From contig NIVC01003886.1 of NCBI GenBank assembly GCA_002269645.1, positions 7,621 to 71,620 of the forward strand: a DNA stretch of 64,000 nt, read 5' to 3'. Below the pieces are notes generated by a model. The model worked only from the letters and a program-made list of their open reading frames with translations, did not search any database and was not told the DNA's origin. The translations under genes were made by a program, and so were the position numbers. The DNA is from Macrostomum lignano (Eukaryota). Below, piece after piece: positions 1-64,000 of this stretch (positions are counted from its first letter, which is position 1; every line of letters starts with the position of its first letter).

Positions 1-2058
1 ACAATAAAATTAGAGAAAAAATCTAAACTTATATTAGCTGGCTAGACTCGCAGGTTCAATTGGCTGGCAAATTTTCCGCTTAAATTAGTCAATACGAGCG
101 TAGATTTCTACGAAGAAATTAAATTACCAGTTCTCAGTGCGTGAAGCCAGAATACTGAAATTCAAATTTGTTGCGAAAATAAAACAGAAAAATTAATTTA
201 CAAAAGCGGAAACGGATTAAAGATTCAGTTCCACATGCGCTGGCAGGCAAAATTGGTTTTTGTTAAAGTTATCACATCAAAGTAGTTAAACAAACGCCAG
301 AAAAAGCGTAGCTTTTTAAACAAAGCAAAAAGGTCAAATATTCCAAATCTTCATGCCAATTCTTCATGCTGAAACAAACTGAACGATTTTGAATGAATTC
401 AAAACGAATTTCGAGACTCACTTAGTAAGGATAAAACAAAATCAAGTTCGTCATTCAGACTACCTATTCTATTTAGTGGGGCAGACAAACGACCTCATGA
501 TATTTTTCTCTCGTGTTAGTTTTGCGTGTTACGGAACGCACAGCAAGTTCAATTTCTATAGTGACATTTAAACGGCAGGCAGTTTTAGTTTTTATTAAAA
601 AATTGAATAAATATTTACAGCAACGGGTCTTGTGGGTCTCTGATGTCGATCCTTCAGCTTTAAGGCACCCCGGCGCGTCTCTAGCGATTAACCGGGTTCG
701 AAATGGGATTTTTATTCATAATGGAGGGAATACCACAAAATAAAAATACTTTTGACTCTGTGCAGTTAAAATTACTAAAGTGCGTTTAAAATTAAAATTG
801 ATAGGCTTTACATAATTTTATAATAGCACATTAGCTCATTTGATATTTAAACTGACTGTTTACTACGCTCGTACAAACTGAACAGAAACCTGCTCTTTAC
901 ATTCTTAATCACGCTCTTAATAAACTGTGTTTGAGGTACATTTCAGATAGAGTATGGCAGTAGCTATAAGATGCTCCAGTGAAAAACGTTTAATTTTACT
1001 TCAAGCTACACTTGGCCTCCGTTTCTAATGAATTCATTCGACATTAAACTTCTCTTTTTAATTGTCTCATTATTAACAACTATAATTGGGGTGGAAGTCA
1101 AACATAATGGACATTAATTTTTTATAGAAGGTAAAATTGTCACAATGCGTTATTAAGGTACACTTCACGTAAATAATGAAGACGGTTACGGCACATTGGC
1201 TACGTTTGCGCGTCAAACGTGAATAGAAAGAGAACTCAATGAACAAAAAATTGACACAGATATGACATCAAAATTGCGCTTTGGGGCTTAATAATAGTAC
1301 TTTTCTGGCTTCATATGTGACCAATTTCATTAGCATACCAATGATAATTGCTGGAATTGTGCGTTTGGAAAATTTTCTCACGGATAGAGTAAGATACAAC
1401 AGACGGATTGGCTTTTTTATCTGGCATTTAATATTAGGAAATACTTTAAAACCACAATGCTGCGAACGATTTCAGAGATATATTTACCTTTCTAAAGACA
1501 CTTGCGTAATGCTTCACATCGCATTTATAAGCATGATTTTTGGGAGAATTGACATTGACATTAACATGAGAAGTGTATTCTGCCAGAATATATAACCAAC
1601 TAATACTGATGATATGGCAGTGCAGTAATCATGTAGGAGTTAATTTAGTTTTAGTGCTACAGAAGAAATAATTGTCAATTTCTATTGTGCCTGTAGAAAT
1701 TCTATTCACTTTTTGATTTGCACACTGTAGATATATATAATCAATTTAGAAAACGCTTGCAACACTTTACCAATTTGTATCGATCCGTAAAATGATTCTG
1801 TTGCTAAAAGCGATTTTGTCGTAAAAATTGGTTAATCATTAGTAAGCTAGCAGATTTGTATTCTTAAAAAGATTTGGACGTTTTATCCGTTCAATATATA
1901 GCTTTGCCTGTAGAAAAGCGCGAAAGAGGTTAATGAATATCAGACCAGTTATTACAACAAAAATAAGATACACTTTGTTGTTCTTTGCCCTTTATAGAGT
2001 ACGAGTATCACCGAAGCCATTTAATGAAGCCAGATAGTGGCACAAGCAAAGAAGATAC

Positions 2059-46511
<44,453 letters not shown>

Positions 46512-49500
46512 CGCGTCTTTAAGCCAGATGCTTGGCTGGCTTACTAGACTAAACAATTATGGGAGATGTAAGTTGCGATTTTCTGATGCAGCGGCTGCAA
46601 GCGCGGCCTTTGCTTGGGGGGCTGCTACTTGTTGACGCTCACAGAACCAGTTCGCTTGGGCAGAAATCGATAATAAATGTTTTAGAGAACAGGGCACAAT
46701 ATGTATTTGATTTATTCTACTTGAGTGACGATTCTTTAAACATAATGAAACAATCACAACTTTGTTTGACTTGATATGTTAAAAAGTATACAGAGGAGGG
46801 AATATTTAATACTAAAGTCCAATACATAAAGTGTTGCAATGAAAGAAAAAGGTTTCTCTGACTTTATGCATCAATTAAATCAAATATTTGTTGTGGATTC
46901 GATTTCATTGAGCAAAATTTACTGCAAACAATGACTATTGTAACAGTAATAGCAATCTTATTACGAGCTAAGTCATTCTAGAACTTTGAATTATCATGTC
47001 TGGAATTTATAGACAGAAGAGCCTATAAAATATGCTATTAAAAATTGATAAAGGATAATTAAAGAAAAACTACCTACAGCTAGTTATAATTTTTGTCAGT
47101 AACTTTCATATTTATCAGGAGTGAAAAAGTTTTAACATACAAATATTTATAGATTAAATAATTTTGAAAAAGGAAAAAGACTATTATTAAAACTGTTCAA
47201 TCTTGATTTATTAAAAAAAAGCTTTAGAGAATCAAAAATGGATCAATAGACGATTTTTTCCATTGGAGTTGAAGGAACAAGAATATATTTTTTCAAACTT
47301 TCTAACTAACTAAAATTTTATTAATCTCCTATTACTAAATCATATAAATTTTTTTATAAAATCTTAAATCCTAAAATCATAAATATATTTTTTATTTAAA
47401 ATATGTACCAATTTGTTATTTGCATTTAAAATTAGAATGCCATGCATTTCATAAAACATTATTTGGCATAATCAGTTATTTGTCATTTTCATTGTTAATT
47501 CAAGCAATCAAACTGCCACATGCAAACTTGACTACAAGTCCCTAAATTATTCTCAGCAACCAACTGCAGCAAAAAGAGGGCTTAGAAGAATGTAAAAATC
47601 AAAACATAGCAACATATTAAACTATTAACAAACTCTATTAAACATTTCCAAATATATCCTTAAATATCAAGCTGCAACTATACTCGGCTTATAGATTAGT
47701 CTTTAACTAATACTGTATAATTAAAACAGTTTTATGTAGTATAACTGTTATATATACATAATTTGCATATAAAAATACATATATCAAAACTTTAGATTTA
47801 TTAGTAAAAAATCTGAGTTGGGTTGAGTAAAAAAACAAAGTTTAACTAATAACTATAATACATAAAGCAAAGTTTGATCCACAATCCTCAGAGGAAAAGT
47901 AGCTCGTAGTATTTATAAAAAATAGTGTTTTTTTATCCCCGTACTTTAGATTTTTTTAGACAAGACTTAAGATTCCAATGTGAAACCTTTAAGAAGTACA
48001 AACCCTGTAATACTTCTTGCTGCAAAAACCACAAAGGAGTTCGACTACAAAGTTTAACTACAAATTAAAAATAAATTTCCCTAAAAATATCGCCTACGCC
48101 TAATTTGGGCATACAAACTATCCTCTACATAACTATATTTTTTTCTCGACAATGCCTTTAACAAAGTTCATGTATACTGCAAACTCATTTTCCAACTGAA
48201 AATAAACACTCCACTACTTAATAATTCTCCAAAAGCTACATAAATCAAGAAAACTACACGAAAGACATTACGAACCCAAAAAACCACTTATTATAAGATG
48301 GTAACGACTCTCTGCAACCTACGTTTCCTTTCGGAGAGTTAATAAATTTCAATTGGCAATAAGTAGGACACGAAAATAAAATGGACAACGCGCGATAATT
48401 CAGATAAAAAACAAATAAGTTAAACCTTTTGCGTTTAAGAGGCATAGTGAAACAAAATTTATTGTTTTCAGTATACTAAGCTACGCACGAAGTCTATTAA
48501 ATCTCACTTAATCTAACCAATTAAGTAAGAAAAAACTATAAAGATGCTTTCCGAACCTATTTCCTGAATCGTTTAAATCAAAGAATCAAGAATCCGTAAT
48601 TTTTACACTGGCCGGCCAACCTGCCGTCGTCGCTGGCTGGCACCGCATGCAAGCGTGAGATTTTATCTTTGAGGATTTTTGAGGCTGTCAACTTAATTAT
48701 TTGTTTGTGAAAATATTTTTGTTCTAGTGGCAACAATAGTTAATTTATGAAATTTTCTAATTATGGGTAGTTAATTTATACTTCTAATAATAATAATATA
48801 CCTTCATAATCAACAATGACATTGGTTTCAGTGGTACTGTGGTAGGCCTAGTCTATCTAATTGTATTTGAATTGGAGTCGCATTTTCAATTGTTGCTAAA
48901 CTTTCAATTTTCATTTATGGTCATACTCTCAAGAATGCTTTTTTGAGGGATTCTTGCATGTAAAATTTTCCAGGCAGTCATTGGTGTGTGTACATAGGCC
49001 CTACCACTAATTTACAAAATTTACAAAATGGAGGTTGGGAAGCTGCAACATGTTTAGGTCCTACACCTCTAGGTCCTATATGTACAGTGTACTGCAGCCA
49101 AGAGCTAGAATGCAAAACTGTCAACGCATAGGCCTATGCATTTAACACTAGGGATTTTCTTGCTTTGCATACTAGGCCTAGGCCCCCCTACAATAATTCC
49201 AATAATAATAAAAATTTACTATTCATTTAAATATATGAAATTGGTTGATAGATAATCAATTATGTCTATTGTGTTTTTTCTAGTTTCTAGTTCCTTGACC
49301 TTTGTCTACTGGCAGTTCATTTGCTAAATAGACAAAAAGCCTATTAATTTTTTTTATTTATAATTTGTTTGTTTTTTGTTTACTAGGAAATAAAAATAAG
49401 AGAGTAAGGCAGTGGGGTAGGATAAGGAGTAGGCTGGGAAGCCACTTAATAGTATCTTTGTTAATTTTGAAATGCTATAGCTAGTATAGATTTATCATAA

Positions 49501-50703
49501 TTAATAAACTATTTTACAATATATATAATATCTATTATACAAATAATAATATTTATAATCTTGATTTAAAACTAGTAGAAATGAAACTTAAAAATTTTCT
49601 AAAGATAAAATATATTAGGCTTAATAAATTCTTTTTTATTCAATAATTCTAAGATGGAATTAGAATTTGTCATTTTAAATCTAAAGTTATATATATCATG
49701 TCTCTCCCTTTCTAAAACATTTATTCCTAATGATAATAACAAGTCTATAAAATGGTATAGATTGTTATAACTAAAGAGACCAACCCCCCTTTGTATTATT
49801 TAACATTATCAAAAAAATATTTTTAGGTAGCTCCTATCTTATTCCATATTTCTACCTTCATTTCCTAGCAGACTAGGAAATGAGCAGACTTCCTAGCAGA
49901 CTGCTCAATATAATAGACAATTTGTTGGTAGATAAAATGACTAGCACCCTTGTCTGTAGCATCTGTTAGGCCTGATTTTTTATCTACTAAAGTAGGCCTA
50001 ATTGTCATAAAATCATTTTTTACCAATTTGGTCATTTTGTCTACCATAAAGAATTTTGCCTTATATTATAAAGTTACATTTAGTAATTAAAAGTCATAGC
50101 ATTCAATGGAGAGCCAATAGAGCTATCCAAATGAGGAAAGCCAATGTACATATACTAGAGTGCTATGATGTCATGCATATTGACAAATATATATTTTTTC
50201 ATTTGCATGCTATCCATGCAAAGTTTTTTAGAATGCAACTACATTTTCTAGAGTATAGTTACTATATAGTCATTGTTTCTTCTTTTGCTATTCTTTCCAT
50301 AGACAAAAAACTCTCCATGAAAATTAGCAGATAAAAAAATGGTTAACAAATTACAAAATCATTGTTAAATAGCCTAATATAGTATTTTGACTATGTATTT
50401 AATATACTTGTATACAGGTTTGTATTTTTTAATATAATTTTGAAAATATATAGATGTGTCTGTCAAACTTCCAACAAAATATATCAAGCTGTCACTTTCT
50501 AAGATATGAATTCCTATTTATGTCAAGGTGAAAGAATAACAAAGAGGTCTAATAGATTATTTTGGACAGAAGGTCCAATAGATATAATTTATATATTATA
50601 CAGATACCAAAAATGCCATTTTTTCTTTCTCATTTCAGCTAGCCTTAGTCTGACATCAAATCAATAGATCAAAAATTCTATTTAGATTTCAATTATTGTC
50701 TTG

Positions 50704-54066
<3,363 letters not shown>

Positions 54067-54164
54067 TTGGTGGAATGCGTACTTTAATTACAAGATTTGC
54101 AATGTATATAAAGTATATTGGTTCTAATCTACTAAGTTCGAGTTTCATAAGCTAGTGCTATAAA

Positions 54165-54417
54165 TATACCTTTGCAATCTCCACTTTGGCAAAAGTGATG
54201 GGGGGCATCACAAACCCGAAAAATCACAACTCCGAAAAGCGTTCGATAATTGCAAAGATTTAAACACAAGACTCGGTCAATGTTACTGTTACTGTTGAAG
54301 GCACTGAAAGCCATCAGTGATCAGTTTATTTGTACGCTCGTAGGTGAGGCAGCTGGATCGATTGTGTTTGCCAAAATTTTAGTCACTTTTGCCAAAAGTG
54401 AAGATTGAAACGGTATA
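54165..54417. mobile_element. ~250-bp MITE with ~35-bp imperfect TIRs flanked by TA (Tc1/mariner-pogo type)
   Basis: Left end TATACCTTTGCAATCTCCACTTT-GGCAAAAGTGA matches the reverse complement of the right end, TATACCGTTTCAATCTTCACTTTTGGCAAAAGTGA. Confidence 0.7.
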
Positions 54418-54810
54418 ATATTGTATTTTCTTTTACCTATTAGCACACGATGAAAGCAGTCATTTGCGTCATTTCGATTCTCCGCTTTCATGTCGGGTGT
54501 ATAAATAGCACGTATATATAGTGTTTTTGCAGTCTAGTTGGAACTTTTTAACGACTCAAATGTCAAACGACTGTCATGCGACGAAGAGGCGACTGTTGTG
54601 TCACGAGCGCGTCACGTGAGTTGTAGAACCTCAAAGAGTCACGAAAAAGTCGTCAATATCTCTTTAACCTTCTATTCATTCAAGTAGATTTACTAGAGTT
54701 GTTATAAATGCGAAATGCTACTTTAAATGCTACAGAAGATAGGATTTGAGCCATAGACTAATAATAATTTGAAGGCTGCGTACGGCTGTTCAGTCCAAGG
54801 ACTGGGGGGG

Positions 54811-54977
54811 GGGTCGCCACACACAGCCTCAGTTACCCCAGCTAATGCTGGCACCCATTTCACAGATGAGTGAACTGAAGCAATGCAGAGTTAAGTGTCT
54901 TGTCCAAGGAGACAATTGTTTCGAGTGGATCGAGAAAAGAACCCAAAGTCCGACGCTCTAACCACTAGGCTACAACC
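54811..54977 (-). mobile_element. tRNA-headed Nin/Deu-type SINE (copy 2)
   Basis: Reverse complement reads GTAGCCTAGTGGTTAGAGCGTCGGACT..CAAGACACTTAACTCTGCATTGCTTCAGTTCAC..AAATGGGTGCCAG, sharing long identical stretches with copy 1; B box degraded. Confidence 0.75.
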
Positions 54978-55546
54978 CTCTTTAGAAATAAGTAGCATAT
55001 GACGTTAGTAGTGAGTATGCAGAAGACTACAAAATGTCTGTTCCAGCCCTAAATTTTCATCTGCAAATTCAACTTACAAAGCGTTTTCAAAATTCACATA
55101 ATGTTTTCCATGGTGCTGCAGTTGTTCTGCTTTTGAACAAAGCAAAACTAGCAAATAGCATTTAGTATGTCTAATTACTTTTCGAGCGCAGCCTGACATC
55201 TGATCTATTTTGAGCTCTCGCAGTAAAACTGTAACATCCGTTTTGACTTTTTTTATCGTCAGTGGTAAGATTAAAACGAATCAGTAAAGAGCAAGCATTG
55301 AGCACAGGTTTGAGTATATTAGAGAATGAAAATTCAGTGTGCCAGACTGGCTTATCTGCATTCCTGTTTCATATTGTACATAAACTGCTTTTTTATCGTC
55401 AATAAATATTTTATGGTCAAATATATCTATATCCTTCTATTATAATTTGAATTTGGAACTTTGCTTCTTTAAAAAAATCGTCTTTTTAGTTTTGATGCAG
55501 TTAAAACTGCCACATGCAGTTCAGTCCCTGAGGTCCAATTGCCTCT

Positions 55547-56090
55547 GACTTTCTCCCATCTGACTCTACCATTTGACTCTAATTGTCTCTAACATTGACT
55601 CTACCTGTCTCCCATCTGACTCTACCATTGACTCTACCTTTCTCCCATCTGACTCTATCATTGACTCTACCTGTCTCCCATCTGACTCTACCATTGACTC
55701 TACCTTTCTCCCATCTGACTCTATCATTGACTCTACCTGCCTCCCATCTGACTCTACCATTGACTCTACCTGTCTTTTATCTGACTCTACCATTGACTCT
55801 ACCTGCCTCCCATCTGACTCTACCATTGACTCTACCTGTCTTTTATCTGACTCTACCATTGACTCTACCTGTCTTTTATCTGACTCTACCATTGACTCTA
55901 CCTGCCTCTCATCTGACTCTACCATTGACTCTACCTGTCTTTTATCTGACTCTACCATTGACTCTACCTGCCTCCCATCTGACTCTACCATTGACTCTAC
56001 CTGTCTCTCATCTGACTCTACCATTGACTCTACCTGTCTCCAATCTGTCTCTACCTGTCCACCTCCCCACCTAGACTCTACTAGTCTGTC
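55547..56090. repeat. 33-bp minisatellite (TCTGACTCTACCATTGACTCTACCTGTCTCCCA), ~16 copies
   Basis: The unit contains an internal TGACTCTACC duplication; it explains the STIDSTCLPSD ORFs. Confidence 0.97.
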
Positions 56091-56347
56091 ACGCTTATCC
56101 GACTTTCCTAGCACTATGTTTCTGTTTACCCACTATTCTAAAAATAGCATTGGATAATGACGCGCCAGCCATTCGGACTGATAGCCACATAAGTTCAGAT
56201 TATTTTCACACTCGTTTTTTTTATGCCAACCCCAGCCCTCCTGCTAGACCGCACTCGCTAGTATGACTGCTTGTTGGTCATAAGTATTTAATTAATAAGG
56301 TTTTAATTTAACTAATTAGTAGACTAAACTGAGCATTGCTAAATGCC

Positions 56348-62734
<6,387 letters not shown>

Positions 62735-62989
62735 TATTATCTACAAAATATAGTTTGGTTCTTTGGTGCTTTTCTGATTTCTATATCTTGATAAATTCAA
62801 GAGCATAAACAAATAAGTAAAATGATTTTACTGCCTATGGCTTTCCATGTGTTGTGCTAACGTTTGTGCGTTTGTGCCTGTTCAATGCTGGGAGTCAATC
62901 GCTTAGCGAGATATTAATTGTATATATTTGCCAAAAGTAACTCATTAACGGTACAAATACTACAAAAAACTATGGTCCTCTAGCAGCCT

Positions 62990-63872
62990 CTCAGATCCCC
63001 CAGATTAAGCTCCCAGTCTCCCAGATCCCCCAGATTAAGCTACCAGTCTCCCAGATCCCCGAGATTAAGCTACCAGTCTCCCAGATCCCCAGATTAAGCT
63101 ACCAGTCTCCCAGATCCCCCAGATTAAGCTCCCAGTCTCCAGATCCCCAGATTAAGCTACCAGTCTCCCAGATCCCCGAGATTAAGCCCAGTCTCCCAGA
63201 TCCCCCAGATTAAGCTCCCAGTCTCCCAGATCCCCAGATTAAGCTACCAGTCTCCCAGATCCCCGAGATTAAGCTACCAGTCTCCCAGATCCCCAGATTA
63301 AGCTCCCAGTCTCCGAGATCCCCAGATTAAGCTACCAGTCTCCCAGATCCCCAGATTAAGCTACCAGTCTCCCAGATCCCCGAGATTAAGCTACCAGTCT
63401 CCCAGATCCCCCAGATTAAGCTACCAGTCTCCCAGATCCCCGAGATTAAGCTACCAGTCTCCCAGATCCCCAGATTAAGCTCCCAGTCTCCAGATCCCCA
63501 GATTAAGCTACCAGTCTCCCAGATCCCCAGATTAAGCTCCCAGTCTCCCAGATCCCCAGATTAACCTCCCAGTCTCCCAGATCCCCAGATTAACCTCCCA
63601 GTCTCCCAGATCCCCAGATTAAGCTACCAGTCTCCCAGATTCCCAGATTAAGCTACCAGTCTCCCAGATCCCCGAGATTAAGCTACCAGTCTCCCAGATC
63701 CCCCAGATTAAGCTCCCAGTCTCCCCAGATCCCCCCAGATTAAGCTACGCAGTCTCCCAGATCCCCAGATTAAGCTACCAGTCTCCCAGATCCCCCAGAT
63801 TAAGCTACGCAGTCTCCCAGATCCCCAGATTAAGCTACCAGTCTCCCAGATCCCCAGATTAAGCTACCAGCC
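62990..63872. repeat. 29-30-bp minisatellite (AGATTAAGCTACCAGTCTCCCAGATCCCC), ~30 copies
   Basis: Downstream of the BTB gene; C-run lengths vary between units. Confidence 0.98.
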
Positions 63873-64000
63873 TCTCATACAGTAAATCATGACCTCTAAG
63901 TATACCCTTTATTTAACTTGTCCTTGTTAAGTTTGTCTGATTGCATTCAATTACGACTTAAATTATTTAAGGTTTAGTTAGCTTACTTTAAGTAGGCAGT

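Noticed and set aside
389-1595. Short AT-rich ORFs (389-571, 513-743, 1281-1595)
   Set aside because: Intron/intergenic composition and no motifs.
55566-56157. ORFs VESMVESD / STIDSTCL on both strands
   Set aside because: They come from a 33-bp minisatellite.

Overview
Eukaryotic (invertebrate metazoan) genomic DNA with AT-rich introns and GC-richer exons; no prokaryotic features. Three intron-containing genes: (1) unc-80, the NALCN channelosome scaffold, on the - strand from ATG 46511 to at least 2103, with about 24 coding exons and roughly 3,490 aa; its 3' end is unresolved; (2) a 3-exon Notum/pectin-acetylesterase-family gene on + (50704-54066) with an N-terminal membrane anchor and apparent loss of the catalytic Ser, the catalytic His and the oxyanion motif, i.e. 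a candidate pseudoenzyme; (3) a 5-exon BTBD10/KCTD20-like gene on + (56348-62734) with two single-base frameshifts and introns filled by different minisatellites. Introns and flanks hold a 5'-truncated Penelope-like element (GIY-YIG plus a degenerate hammerhead ribozyme), a PIF/Harbinger-derived TIR element, a TA-flanked MITE, two copies of a tRNA-headed Nin/Deu-type SINE and many tandem arrays. A ~1.45-kb tandem duplication copies one unc-80 exon across a mosaic junction that may be an assembly artefact. The poly-A/G/Q-rich proteins are reminiscent of a Macrostomum-like flatworm, but that is weak inference. All homology calls come from my recollection of family sequences, not from database searches, and splice sites were read by eye.
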